This document shows positions 1 through 9,511 of a stretch of 64,000 nucleotides of DNA, in pieces. Each line of letters opens with the position of its first letter. Position 1 is the stretch's first letter. Under the pieces are notes generated by a model. The model ran no database searches. It saw nothing but the letters and a program-made list of their open reading frames with translations, and was not told the DNA's origin. Source of the stretch: Myxococcota bacterium (GTDB lineage Bacteria; Myxococcota; UBA4151); the NCBI GenBank assembly GCA_040260805.1, contig JBDQPD010000004.1, positions 1 through 64,000 of the forward strand. Reading direction: 5' to 3'. Position numbers and translations under genes: made by a program.

Positions 1-142
1 CTTGCGACCGATCGGGGCGAAGCCGTCAAAGCCCGCCGATGAGTCCAGCGTCTCAGGCGCCGCTGAATAACGTTATTCAGCGGCGCCTGAGACGCTGGAC
101 TCATCGGCGGGCTTTGACGGCTTCGCCCCGATCGGTCGCAAG
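1..142. repeat. Perfect 142-bp palindrome (fold-back) at the window start
   Basis: Bases 1-71 are the exact reverse complement of 72-142; centre GAATAAC|GTTATTC with no loop. Confidence 0.97.
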
Positions 143-346
143 GCTAAGCTGACGATCGAGCTCGACGAGGGCGGCCGAACAACCGGTGAGACCATCTCAG
201 GAACGGTGACCTTGGCGATCGAGCGGCTCGACTCGGATTCGACGCAAGCGGTGACGGGAACCATCTCGGGTGGCTTCTCAGTGAACCTGCTTGGTGAACG
301 TTTAGCCGAGCGAAATCTCCTCATGCTGACGGGAGCTTCACCGTGA
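71..346 (+). pseudogene. 3' remnant of a gene cut by the fold-back; probable paralog of the next lipoprotein
   Basis: Stop-free frame with no upstream start (RYSAAPETLD...GERLAERNLLMLTGASP*). Its TGA overlaps the GTG of 343 (GTGA). The tail resembles SERLAEHNLKLLLGLSP in 343..1113. Confidence 0.6.
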
Positions 347-1113
347 GAGGATTCGGTCTCTTAGTCCTGGCCGCCGGTTGTTCCGGACAGGTAGGATCAA
401 GCGTGGTCATCGAGTCCGGTGACTTTGAGGGCGAACGCGTCCCTGAAATTGGCGTGACGGTCATGGCTTGGAATGACCGGATGACTTTCAATGCGGGTTA
501 TCAAGAACGAGATCACCCAGCCCTCGAGGCCGTCGCGAGTCAGAGTCAGTTTGATGAACAAGTCGACCTGCTCAGTCTGGATGGCTCGTCGTTCTTGGAC
601 GCCGTGCACAGTTTTCGTTTCGGCGATGGTTTGCATCTTCGAATCAATGAATCCGAGACCCTGATCAAAGGCGATGAACTCCAGCTTGATAGCAACGAAG
701 GGAGCGACCGCTGGCAGCTCGCTTTAAAACTCGGCGCAGAGGGCTTGAGCGGCGACACCGACCTTGACGACCCACGTCGCGGCTTTCGTTTGCCGGGTCT
801 GATCACAGCAAAACTTCGCATCCTTGAGCTTGCGCGCGACGCGGCCGGTCAGATCACCTCGCTCGACGCTGAGCTGGAGGTTAAAGTGCGCCGCTGCCCC
901 CCCAGCGAGCACAATCCAGGCGAGGGTGAGGCCTACCGGCCAGGGTCCTTTGTCGCCTTGCTACACCTTGAACCGATGAGTGAGCGACTCGCAGAACACA
1001 ATCTGAAGCTGCTTCTGGGCTTGTCGCCCTTGCCCCTTCCGGACAACAATGGTTTCGAGTTCCCAGGCTTTACTAGGAACTGCCGCAACAACCCGAGACC
1101 TCCTATTGACTGA
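343..1113 (+). CDS. Hypothetical lipoprotein
   Basis: 256 aa; signal peptide with lipobox LVLAAG-C; no family recognised. Confidence 0.7.
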   Translation: MRGFGLLVLAAGCSGQVGSSVVIESGDFEGERVPEIGVTVMAWNDRMTFNAGYQERDHPALEAVASQSQFDEQVDLLSLDGSSFLDAVHSFRFGDGLHLRINESETLIKGDELQLDSNEGSDRWQLALKLGAEGLSGDTDLDDPRRGFRLPGLITAKLRILELARDAAGQITSLDAELEVKVRRCPPSEHNPGEGEAYRPGSFVALLHLEPMSERLAEHNLKLLLGLSPLPLPDNNGFEFPGFTRNCRNNPRPPID

Positions 1114-1129
1114 AATGCTTTAAGACGCC

Positions 1130-3532
1130 GTGGAACTTGAACAACTACAGGCTGCCTTCGCCGCCGACCCAAACAGCACCGCTTATTACCAGCTGATCGC
1201 TCGCTACGTCGAGCTCGACCGCGTGGTAGAAGCCTTGGTGGTGGCCAAAAAAGCAGTGGGCGCCAGACCGGGCGACGCGACCGCCATTCGTACCCTTGGC
1301 TGGGTGCTGCTGGTTCAAAACAAGGTGGACCGAGCGCTCAATGAGCTTGGGCGCGCCCTACAGATCGAGCCTGGTGACTATGAAGCTCGGTTTTTGTATG
1401 CGCTCGGTCTTGAGCGCCTCGAGCGGTTCCAAGAAGCTGAAATCCAAATCGACTATGTCATCGCAGCGCATCCGGACCATCCAGGCGCTCTCGAAGCTAA
1501 GATTCGTCTCAGCAAACCCAAAGAGGAGGCGGCGGAGGACCGAGAACAGGTCGTCGAGAAGACGATCATGATGGCCGCTGCTGATATCCTCTCTTCTCGA
1601 GATCTGACCGGCTCGATCCGTAAAGAAGATGACGGACCCAATGACGACCAGCTCGCTAAGCAAGCGCAAGAGCTGGTCGATAAAGGCCTTAAAGCGCGTC
1701 GAGATAAAGCGACCCAAGCGACCGAAGCGAAAGCCAAACGCGAAGAGGTCGAAGAAGCGCAACGAGCGGCGAGACGACAACTCGAAGAGATGAGCGAGCC
1801 AAAGGCCGACCGACCGGACCAGCTCCGGAGCGATCCAGGCGCTGCAGAACGCGCCGATTATCGCAAGAAGGCGCTGGTCTCTTTAGGTCTTGCCCTAGTG
1901 GTCACTGTCGTACTGACTGCGCTGTACACGACCTATTCGAGCTGGGCTGCGAGCGAGCGAGCGATCCAAGAGCGTTTCGGTCAAGCCGAGCAAGCCTTTG
2001 TAAAGCATCAGCCTCAGCACCTGCTCAAAGCGCTGCAGCTTGCTGAAGCCTTAGTCGCCGAGCAGCCAGACCACTTCCTAGGCATTGGCTTAGCTGCTCA
2101 TGCGGCGGCGAGGCTGGCCAATGAACAATCCTGGCCCGAGGGCTGGGCACGCACCGAGAAGCTCCTGAACAAGTTTCCGCCCGAACAGACGTCTGTTCAC
2201 CATCGCGCTGCGAGCGCCCTGTTCAATGCCCACAAAGCCAAGTTTGGCGACGCGATGGCGGCGCTTGATCTGAGCGCTAATGGCCGCAAACTCAACCTTG
2301 CGATCTTCAAAAGTGTGCGCGGGTTCGTGATGCATCGCCAAGGCCGCAATGAAGAGGCACGAAAGTCTCTACAATCGAGCGTAGCCGATGGCGCCGACCA
2401 CCCCGAACTCAACTGGATGCTGAGCCGTTTCGAGTTTGAGACCGGTCACCCGGGAGTGGCTCAAGCCTATGCTGGGCGATTGCTTGCGGCAGCCGACCAG
2501 GCACGAGGAGAGGCGCTAGAAAAGGCTCGAGCGGAACAAGCCAAAGCAGCCGCTCAAGCGAAGAAAGAGGGGAAAAAGGATCAAGCGGACACGCCGCCAG
2601 CTAAAGTCGCGCCCCTGGCCTTCGCTAAAATCGAGCATGGGCCAGCTTTGCTGCTGCGTTCAGCGAGCTGGTTGATTCGTAACGAACCACTCGCTCGGCC
2701 CGCTCTTGATGATCTGGCGCGGGCAACGGCGCTTCCTATTTGCAGCGTTGAATCGGCCGCAAACTGCTTGTTCGAGGGGCAAAAAGGCCTAGGAGAAGCG
2801 CTGCTTAGTGTGGCGAACGACCGACTCAACAAGACTGAGGATGCACGGGCTGCACAGCAGCGATCAGGTGCGAGCTTTGACACGCATCCGTGGGCGCTGC
2901 TTGCTCGTGCCTATTGGGAGAGCGACCGCGGCCAGCCCGAAACTGCGCTGGGTTTAATCGACAAAGCCGAGCAGGGCTTAGCTCACAGCGCTTTGCCTAC
3001 CTTGGCGAGGTTCCATGCCCAAAAGCTCATGAAACCACCGACTGCGACCGTCGATGGCTTAGCCCAGCTCGCCAAAAGTTTTCCGAGTCTCAAGGGGCAA
3101 GCCATGATGCTCGCCGCTGAGATCTTAGCGAAGAAGGGCGACAAAGAAGGAGCGCTGGCGCGCGTACAGGCCTACGCCGGAGCCTTCCCCCAACAAACTG
3201 TTCGCACCCAACTCTACAAAGCGCAGGCTTTGCGCTGGAGTAAGAGCTACAATGACGCACTGAGCGCCGCCAACGACACCTTGGATGCGGCGGTGAAATC
3301 AGGAGCTATGAACTTAGGTCACGGTGCGCTCATTGAGATCATGAGGCTCGAGCTGAGACGCGGCGGTCGCAACTCCGCTAAACGAGCGTATAAAGATCTC
3401 CTCAAAGACAACCCGAACCACACCGAGGCGCTGTATCTTGCGGCTTCGATTCTGTCGGACCGAGAAGCAGCCAAACATTTAAAGAATGTGGCGCCAGGCA
3501 GTCGCTGGGCGATCCGGCTGCGGCAGAAATAA
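1130..3532 (+). CDS. Bitopic membrane TPR-repeat protein
   Basis: N-terminal TPR-like helices (ALNELGRALQIEPGDYEARFLYALGL), charged linker, one TM helix (ALVSLGLALVVTVVLTALY), Ala/Leu-rich TPR-like C-terminal region. Confidence 0.8.
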   Translation: MELEQLQAAFAADPNSTAYYQLIARYVELDRVVEALVVAKKAVGARPGDATAIRTLGWVLLVQNKVDRALNELGRALQIEPGDYEARFLYALGLERLERFQEAEIQIDYVIAAHPDHPGALEAKIRLSKPKEEAAEDREQVVEKTIMMAAADILSSRDLTGSIRKEDDGPNDDQLAKQAQELVDKGLKARRDKATQATEAKAKREEVEEAQRAARRQLEEMSEPKADRPDQLRSDPGAAERADYRKKALVSLGLALVVTVVLTALYTTYSSWAASERAIQERFGQAEQAFVKHQPQHLLKALQLAEALVAEQPDHFLGIGLAAHAAARLANEQSWPEGWARTEKLLNKFPPEQTSVHHRAASALFNAHKAKFGDAMAALDLSANGRKLNLAIFKSVRGFVMHRQGRNEEARKSLQSSVADGADHPELNWMLSRFEFETGHPGVAQAYAGRLLAAADQARGEALEKARAEQAKAAAQAKKEGKKDQADTPPAKVAPLAFAKIEHGPALLLRSASWLIRNEPLARPALDDLARATALPICSVESAANCLFEGQKGLGEALLSVANDRLNKTEDARAAQQRSGASFDTHPWALLARAYWESDRGQPETALGLIDKAEQGLAHSALPTLARFHAQKLMKPPTATVDGLAQLAKSFPSLKGQAMMLAAEILAKKGDKEGALARVQAYAGAFPQQTVRTQLYKAQALRWSKSYNDALSAANDTLDAAVKSGAMNLGHGALIEIMRLELRRGGRNSAKRAYKDLLKDNPNHTEALYLAASILSDREAAKHLKNVAPGSRWAIRLRQK

Positions 3533-3547
3533 CGACGCTGAAAGCGC

Positions 3548-3565
3548 CGGACCCTTAGGGGTCCG
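3548..3565 (+). terminator. GC hairpin after the TPR gene (possible terminator)
   Basis: CGGACCC-TTAG-GGGTCCG shortly after the stop codon; no U-tract. Confidence 0.3.
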
Positions 3566-3570
3566 ATCAT

Positions 3571-3594
3571 CGTGTCAGACCCCCCTCCTAGACT
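3571..3594 (+). promoter_or_regulatory. RecA-NDp/PafBC-type promoter motif upstream of recA
   Basis: CG-TGTCAG-ACCCCCCTCC(10 nt)-TAGACT; the same motif and spacing occur upstream of rmuC. Confidence 0.7.
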
Positions 3595-3653
3595 CTGTGT
3601 ACGCCAAGGTTGGTAAAGACCTCGGCGACACGGATCGATAAAATTACTGTTGT

Positions 3654-3677
3654 ACTACTGAACACTTATACAGTAGT
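3654..3677. promoter_or_regulatory. LexA (SOS) box upstream of recA
   Basis: ACTA-CTG-AACACTTATA-CAG-TAGT, a CTG-N10-CAG core within a 7-bp inverted repeat. The reverse strand reads CTGTATAAGTGTTCAG, with the GTTCAG half-site of the Myxococcus LexA box. Confidence 0.8.
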
Positions 3678-3701
3678 GCACACTTACAAAGGAGATGCCC
3701 A

Positions 3702-4745
3702 ATGGCTCGCAACCCCAAAGACAGCGCCCTCAAGCTCGCAATGACCTCGATCGAGAGGCAGTTTGGCAAAGGTGCGATCATGCGCCTTGGCGACGAACAA
3801 GCACCGATCAATGTGCAAACGATCAGCACCGGCTGCATCGGTATCGATGAGGCGCTCGGGATGGGCGGCCTGCCCAAAGGACGAATCACCGAGATCTATG
3901 GACCTGAGAGCTCGGGTAAAACGACCTTAGCTTTGCATGTGCTCGCCAACTGCCAGCGCAGCGGCGGCGTCGCAGCGTTTATCGACGCAGAGCATGCTCT
4001 TGATATCAACTACGCTCGCAAGCTGGGTCTCGATGTGGACAACCTGCTCGTCGCTCAACCCGACACCGGCGAACAAGCCCTCGAGATCGTCGATATGCTC
4101 GTGCGCTCTGGGGCCGTCGATTGCATCGTCGTCGATTCGGTCGCTGCGCTCGTACCCAAGGCTGAGATCGAAGGCGACATGGGCGACACCCACGTGGGCC
4201 TTCACGCCCGTTTGATGAGCCAAGCCCTGCGCAAGCTCACCGGTACGGTCTCCAAGTCCAATTGCTCGCTCATCTTTATCAACCAGATCCGCATGAAAAT
4301 CGGTGTGATGTTTGGCAGCCCAGAGGTGACCACCGGCGGCAACGCGCTGAAGTTCTACTCGTCCGTGCGCATCGACATCCGCCGCATCCAATCGATCAAG
4401 CATTCAGATGCAGTGATCGGCAGCCGGACCCGGGTCAAGATCGTGAAAAACAAGCTGGCGGCGCCCTTCCGCCAAGCCGAGTTTGACATCATGTACGACG
4501 GAACCGGCATCTCGGCTGCGGGCAACCTCTTAGATCACGGCATTCGCTTTGGAATGGTCGAGAAGTCAGGCTCGTGGTTCAGCCTTTCGACCGGCGACCG
4601 ACTGGGTCAAGGGCGTGAAGCCGCTCGTGCAACGATCAGCCAGAACCCGGAGATGGCTGCTCGCTTGGACCAAGAACTGCGCGTGGCGATGGGCTTACTG
4701 CCTGAGGCTAACCCCGCCGAACAACAACCCGAGGCGAACGCCTAG
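3702..4745 (+). CDS. recA: Recombinase RecA
   Basis: [23 protein letters not shown] Walker [41 protein letters not shown]. Confidence 0.99.
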   Translation: MARNPKDSALKLAMTSIERQFGKGAIMRLGDEQAPINVQTISTGCIGIDEALGMGGLPKGRITEIYGPESSGKTTLALHVLANCQRSGGVAAFIDAEHALDINYARKLGLDVDNLLVAQPDTGEQALEIVDMLVRSGAVDCIVVDSVAALVPKAEIEGDMGDTHVGLHARLMSQALRKLTGTVSKSNCSLIFINQIRMKIGVMFGSPEVTTGGNALKFYSSVRIDIRRIQSIKHSDAVIGSRTRVKIVKNKLAAPFRQAEFDIMYDGTGISAAGNLLDHGIRFGMVEKSGSWFSLSTGDRLGQGREAARATISQNPEMAARLDQELRVAMGLLPEANPAEQQPEANA

Positions 4746-4770
4746 GTCGAACTGGCTAGATCACGATGAG

Positions 4771-4802
4771 GGGGAGCGGTTACGCTCCCCTTCTTCGTTT
4801 TT
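4771..4802 (+). terminator. Intrinsic terminator after recA
   Basis: GGGGAGCG-GTTA-CGCTCCCC followed by TTCTTCGTTTTT. Confidence 0.75.
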
Positions 4803-4812
4803 CGGGTGAGGC

Positions 4813-7683
4813 TTACTTCGGGTCCCAGCCCTCGCGACGCAGAACCCAGAAGCTGATCGAGGCGCCATACTTGACGCCCTCACGAGCATGAACCGTGATC
4901 AGGTTCTGTCCTGGCTCCAGATCAATAGCGCTCTTGATCGCCACGTCCGAGCGTCCGCCTGACTCAAAGAGGACCTTCTTACGCCCCCGGTACACGACGA
5001 CATTGTGCAAGGGCAGCTCATCTTGAGCTCGTGCGTCCAGATTGAGTTGCTTGCCAGGCACTTCCGTCTTGAGTCCGGTCGATAGGGTAATGCTTGGAGG
5101 CGTGCGTACAAACGCGAGCTTGGGCGCAGTTCCTTGACCCGCTTTCATCGCCTTGGCGTCCACAAAGGCGATCCCTTGGCGAGGCATCCGCACGCGATAG
5201 TAGGCACCCACGCGATCCACGCACGGTAGCCCTTCGCCAGCTTTGAGCGTTCCTAGTCCAAAGGCTTGATCGACCCCGTTGCGCAGAATTTCTACCTCTT
5301 GAGTCGCGGTAACATGAGCTTCAGCACAGGTCGACGCCGAGGTGACCGCTTGAGTCACCGGAATGATCAGCCGCTCACTGTACCAAACGGAGTTTTTGCG
5401 GATCCCGAGATTGACCGTCATCTCAAGCGGCTTATCGCTTCGACGCACCTTGACGGAGAGCTCAGCGTTCCAGGTCGCGCCGGGCGAAAGCTTTTCACGC
5501 TCTGCCCTAGCCTTGACCATTTTCATCGCCGCGCCGCTTTGACTGCGCACGCTCAGGTGAATGTCTTGCGCCTCTGCGTCCAACGCGCTGATCGCAAAAT
5601 TGAGTTTCATCGTCTCGCCCGAAGCAGCCAGCCCATCGTTACCGTCATCAACCGTCAGCGTGTACGCCAAACGAGGATGCTTGGCGGCTGCGACAATCAA
5701 AGTTTTACTAGCGGGCGCTTCCACGGTGCCGCCTTGCGCATCGGTCACGAAGCGCACCCACTCGCTGCGGTCATGAATGCTCATAGGCACTTCAAACTTC
5801 AAAATCCGACGCGCCTCCTCGCCGGGCGCAATCCGACCAAAGACCCACTCACGGTGGTCAAAGAGATCAAGCGTCGCCTTACTTCGTACCACCACTCGAT
5901 GCAGAGGAGCCGTCGAGGTGTTCTTCACGACCACCGCAAGCTGATGATTAGAACCCGCTTCAAACCGAGAGGGCCACTCGATCCGAGCGACTGCCCGCCC
6001 AGTCTCCGCGGCGTCTGGATTCTCGGTCCAGTCAATGCCCTCTCCCTTGAGCGCTTCAACCAACCTGAGGTCTTCAGAAGCTTTAAGCTCGTCCAAAGCA
6101 GCCCGAGCGCCCTTATAAAAAGTGTCTGCTTTGGCGTGTCCGGCGCTCGTCAAGAGCTTCTTCGCCATGCGCACCGTGAGGTCTGCGTTAAACTGCCCGC
6201 TGTTCTCACGACGTGTCTGTTCATCGCGGTCGACCATTTCATCGCTGTCGAGAATATGCAGGGTGCGACGTGTCTGCTGTTGCTTGGTTTTGTCGTTACT
6301 CAGCGCGTGGTCCAAATCGCTCTCTTTGGTCGCCTCGCGCGGCGTGAGGTAAATCTCACCATCATCGATATACACCGACTCCAAAGCGATATCAGGAGCG
6401 ATCCCCGTGCCTTGGATGCTGATATCACCAGGCGTTAGGTATTGAGCGATGGTCAACTTGAGCGCCGACCCGTCCGTCTTAGAGCGTCGAGGACGATACG
6501 GAATAATCGTCTGCACTGAGCCTTTACCGAAGCTCGGACTGCCGAGCAGCAAGCCCCGCCCGTGATTGCGCACGGCGCCAGCCACTATCTCCGAGGCCGA
6601 GGCAGAGCCGCCGGAGATCAGGACCAATAAGGGCAGATCAGTCAATGAGCCCGATGCATGAGCGTAACGACTTTCTCTGAGCTGTCCGGACAAGCCCACG
6701 GTGGTGACGATCACCCCTTTATCGAGAAAGAGATCCGAGATCGCGACGGCTTGCTCGAGCAAGCCGCCTGGGTTGTCACGCAAGTCGAGCACTAAACCCT
6801 TTTTGGCGCCCGCCTGGCGCAGCTGAGCCAGCGCGGCGACCGTGTCGTCGGTCGTTGTCTCTCGAAACGATTTGATCCGCAGATAGCCGATCCCATCACC
6901 CAGGTTATGAGACGTCACGCTGCGGACCTTAATGATCTCTCGGGTCAGCGTCTTTTGAAGGTTACCCTTAGTCCCTTTGCGGCGAAGGTGAACGGTTACA
7001 TCACTGCCCGGCTCACCGCGCAGTCGACTCACCGCTTCTTCAAGCGACATATTTTCAGTGGTCTCGTCGTTGATCTGGACGATCTGGTCACGCGCTTTGA
7101 CGCCCGAACGGCTGGCCGGTGTACCCGGAATCGGTGAGATCACCGTGAGCCAACCATCACGCTGAGAGATAACAATCCCCAAGCCACCAAAGGCGCCCTG
7201 AGTCGACATGCGCATCTCCTCATGCGCTTTGGCGCTGAACATCACCGAGTGCGGATCGAGCGTCTTGAGCATGCCGTTAACCGCTGCGAGTTCGACCTCG
7301 CCCGCGTCCACTCCGCTGGGCAAATTACGCGCAACAAAAGCGAGACCCTGGCGCAAGACCATATACATTTCCCAGATCGATTCGACCCGAGAGGTGTTTC
7401 CCGTCCACGCCTTATCGCCCATTCGAAGCGTCAAGGTTTTGGGTAAGCCGCGCTCGTCGACCAACAGATCGGGGATGACGTTTTCAACAGCCCGCAGTCC
7501 CTCTTTGAGCATCGTTTTGGGCTCAAAGCGGCTCGGGTCCACGTAGGCTTTAGTCAGCTCCAAAACGCTCCAGCTCAGCTGCTCGAGACGAAGCAAGCGG
7601 TCACTTCCAGCGCCCAAGCTAGGCTGCATGGCGCTGAGCACAAGGGGCAGAACAATGGTAACGATCATCTTCGCAAACAACAC
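4813..7683 (-). CDS. S41 carboxyl-terminal protease with PDZ domain and C-terminal beta-sandwich extension (MXAN_5808-like)
   Basis: LDPHS, FGGLGI PDZ, LDLRDNPGGLL, SASASEIVAGA catalytic Ser, SFGKGSVQ; signal peptide; long C-terminal extension. Confidence 0.92.
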   Translation of the reverse strand: MLFAKMIVTIVLPLVLSAMQPSLGAGSDRLLRLEQLSWSVLELTKAYVDPSRFEPKTMLKEGLRAVENVIPDLLVDERGLPKTLTLRMGDKAWTGNTSRVESIWEMYMVLRQGLAFVARNLPSGVDAGEVELAAVNGMLKTLDPHSVMFSAKAHEEMRMSTQGAFGGLGIVISQRDGWLTVISPIPGTPASRSGVKARDQIVQINDETTENMSLEEAVSRLRGEPGSDVTVHLRRKGTKGNLQKTLTREIIKVRSVTSHNLGDGIGYLRIKSFRETTTDDTVAALAQLRQAGAKKGLVLDLRDNPGGLLEQAVAISDLFLDKGVIVTTVGLSGQLRESRYAHASGSLTDLPLLVLISGGSASASEIVAGAVRNHGRGLLLGSPSFGKGSVQTIIPYRPRRSKTDGSALKLTIAQYLTPGDISIQGTGIAPDIALESVYIDDGEIYLTPREATKESDLDHALSNDKTKQQQTRRTLHILDSDEMVDRDEQTRRENSGQFNADLTVRMAKKLLTSAGHAKADTFYKGARAALDELKASEDLRLVEALKGEGIDWTENPDAAETGRAVARIEWPSRFEAGSNHQLAVVVKNTSTAPLHRVVVRSKATLDLFDHREWVFGRIAPGEEARRILKFEVPMSIHDRSEWVRFVTDAQGGTVEAPASKTLIVAAAKHPRLAYTLTVDDGNDGLAASGETMKLNFAISALDAEAQDIHLSVRSQSGAAMKMVKARAEREKLSPGATWNAELSVKVRRSDKPLEMTVNLGIRKNSVWYSERLIIPVTQAVTSASTCAEAHVTATQEVEILRNGVDQAFGLGTLKAGEGLPCVDRVGAYYRVRMPRQGIAFVDAKAMKAGQGTAPKLAFVRTPPSITLSTGLKTEVPGKQLNLDARAQDELPLHNVVVYRGRKKVLFESGGRSDVAIKSAIDLEPGQNLITVHAREGVKYGASISFWVLRREGWDPK

Positions 7684-7693
7684 TTTATAACCT

Positions 7694-8296
7694 CTAGGCG
7701 TCCGAGCCGTTGAGTCGAGCTAATATAGCCGGCCAAACTGACCCGTCGACCACAGTTTCTATTTCTGCCTGTGCAAAGGCTTCAACCCATTGACAGGCGA
7801 ACACAACAGCCTGTTCCGAAATCATCACATCCGCTCCCGCTAGAGCGGTCTCACCCAAGCTATCGATCCATGCCGCCAAGTCGATGGATAAGGCATCTGA
7901 AGGCGCTGAACTGACCCCCTTGAGCCGGGTCACGAGTGCGTCGGTCACCCCGTCGCTCTTAATCGGCTTGGGCGAGCTAACTTTGACGCTGAGTTGACCC
8001 GACTCACTGACCTCGCCAAGCGCTAAACCTAGAGCGATCGCGCTTCGTGACAGACTACCATTACTGAACCGATCATAAGCTCGCTGAGACGCCAACAGCT
8101 CAAACCATTGAGCCAAGGTCATCTCCGCTACGCGATCACGCCAAGCGTCGCTTTGAGCCCGAACCATAGGAACCAAAACCGAGCCCAAGGCGATCAAACC
8201 CTGGGCACGACCGAAAAGTTCTGCGGTTGATCGATGATGGCTCGAGCGACGCGCTACCTCCTGAAGCAAGGCAAACCGAGCGTTTACATTGGTCAC
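7694..8296 (-). CDS. Hypothetical protein
   Basis: 200 aa ORF, GAGGGG RBS, co-oriented within the aldolase-S41 gene run; no family recognised. Confidence 0.6.
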   Translation of the reverse strand: MTNVNARFALLQEVARRSSHHRSTAELFGRAQGLIALGSVLVPMVRAQSDAWRDRVAEMTLAQWFELLASQRAYDRFSNGSLSRSAIALGLALGEVSESGQLSVKVSSPKPIKSDGVTDALVTRLKGVSSAPSDALSIDLAAWIDSLGETALAGADVMISEQAVVFACQWVEAFAQAEIETVVDGSVWPAILARLNGSDA

Positions 8297-8342
8297 GATC
8301 GTTTCCCCTCACGATGAGAAGCTAACAGGTGAGCGCTACCGT

Positions 8343-8993
8343 TCAAAGTTTCAATCCGGGTGCGCCCAAGCCAGCCTTGAGATGCTTCTGAGTTAGGGCA
8401 GATACGACTGAGGACTCTAGAGTCTTTACGCCGCCGAAGGGTAGGGCGTGCGCTGTGATCGTTGCCAAATGTTCCACCAACTCCATACGCGCCATCGCCA
8501 TGGTCAAATCTGAACCCCAGGTGAGCACCCCGTGCTGGCCTAAAAGCGCTGCGTTGCTGTTGATCGCAGCTCGAGCCACGGCCTTGGTCAACCCAGCGGC
8601 TCCGGGCATCGAAAACGGCACCCAGCCGATTTCAGGACCTAAACTGACGATCGCCTCAGCCATAAAGCGAGGATCCAGTCGACGTTCGGCGCAAGCCATC
8701 GCCGTCGCAAAGGGAGGATGAGCGTGAACGATCGCACGCATGTCAGGCCGAGCTTCAAATGCTGCTCGATGCAGCTGCCACTCACTAAAGACCCGGTGTC
8801 GCCCCTGGCGTACCGAGCCGTCCTCATCGATCACCAGCAGATCGACTGCGCGAACATCAGCCTTTCGAAAAGCGGTGGGCGTGACCAAAAAACCTTGCTT
8901 AGGCCGGCGCAACGAGATGTTGCCGTCATGATTCGCCACCCAGCCTTTGGTGGCTAACTGCTGACAAGCCTCGATCAGCGCTGATGCGCTCAC
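8343..8993 (-). CDS. Class II aldolase/adducin family protein (FucA-like), BMC-associated
   Basis: GNISLR, TPT, SEWQLH, IVHAHPP metal-binding His, [11 protein letters not shown]. Confidence 0.92.
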   Translation of the reverse strand: MSASALIEACQQLATKGWVANHDGNISLRRPKQGFLVTPTAFRKADVRAVDLLVIDEDGSVRQGRHRVFSEWQLHRAAFEARPDMRAIVHAHPPFATAMACAERRLDPRFMAEAIVSLGPEIGWVPFSMPGAAGLTKAVARAAINSNAALLGQHGVLTWGSDLTMAMARMELVEHLATITAHALPFGGVKTLESSVVSALTQKHLKAGLGAPGLKL

Positions 8994-9241
8994 TCGGCCC
9001 CCGTGACTTCGTCAACAACGCCAACGATTACGGACCGAATGGGAGGTTCGCCGCCCAAGATCTGGCGCACGCCGCTGCCTTCACGCAAGACCAGAACCTG
9101 CTCTCCAACCCCTACCCCGATCGTGTCCACAGCCAGCACATCTTCTCCGGCTTCACTGCGAACCATCAGCAGGGGTTGCCCGTCATAGCCTGGGTGATGT
9201 TGATCGGCGACGACTGAACCGAGGACTCTAGCCAGCAGCAT
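8990..9241 (-). CDS. EutN/CcmL family BMC vertex (pentamer, BMC-P) protein
   Basis: [12 protein letters not shown]...[20 protein letters not shown]...IVGVVD; start moved to the ATG at 9241. Confidence 0.92.
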   Translation of the reverse strand: MLLARVLGSVVADQHHPGYDGQPLLMVRSEAGEDVLAVDTIGVGVGEQVLVLREGSGVRQILGGEPPIRSVIVGVVDEVTGAE

Positions 9242-9509
9242 GGTCCCCCCGATCGATATCATCCACGATACCTACGATGGCTAAATCGACCGGCACGAAG
9301 GTCGGCTCGCAAGCCAGCGCAGCTTCACGACTACCCACCAAGACAACACGCTGACCTAGGCTCGCCGAGCAGCTATCAACGGCCGCTTCAGGCACGCCAT
9401 CCGGTGCCCCATCATGGTTCTCTTTTTGAACCAAGAGCAGACGCGCTCCAACCAGGTTCTCAACTTTACGCGTCGCAACGACGGTCCCGACTACTGTTCC
9501 AAATTGCAT
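9228..9509 (-). CDS. EutN/CcmL family BMC vertex (pentamer, BMC-P) protein
   Basis: [15 protein letters not shown]...[21 protein letters not shown]...[11 protein letters not shown]; start moved to the ATG at 9509. Confidence 0.92.
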   Translation of the reverse strand: MQFGTVVGTVVATRKVENLVGARLLLVQKENHDGAPDGVPEAAVDSCSASLGQRVVLVGSREAALACEPTFVPVDLAIVGIVDDIDRGDHAAG

Positions 9510-9511
9510 AA

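Noticed and set aside
73..324. 83-aa minus-strand ORF
   Set aside because: The plus-strand frame 71..346 is better supported by paralogy and its stop/start overlap.
5266..6438. 390-aa plus-strand ORF
   Set aside because: Antisense shadow inside the S41 protease gene; no motifs.
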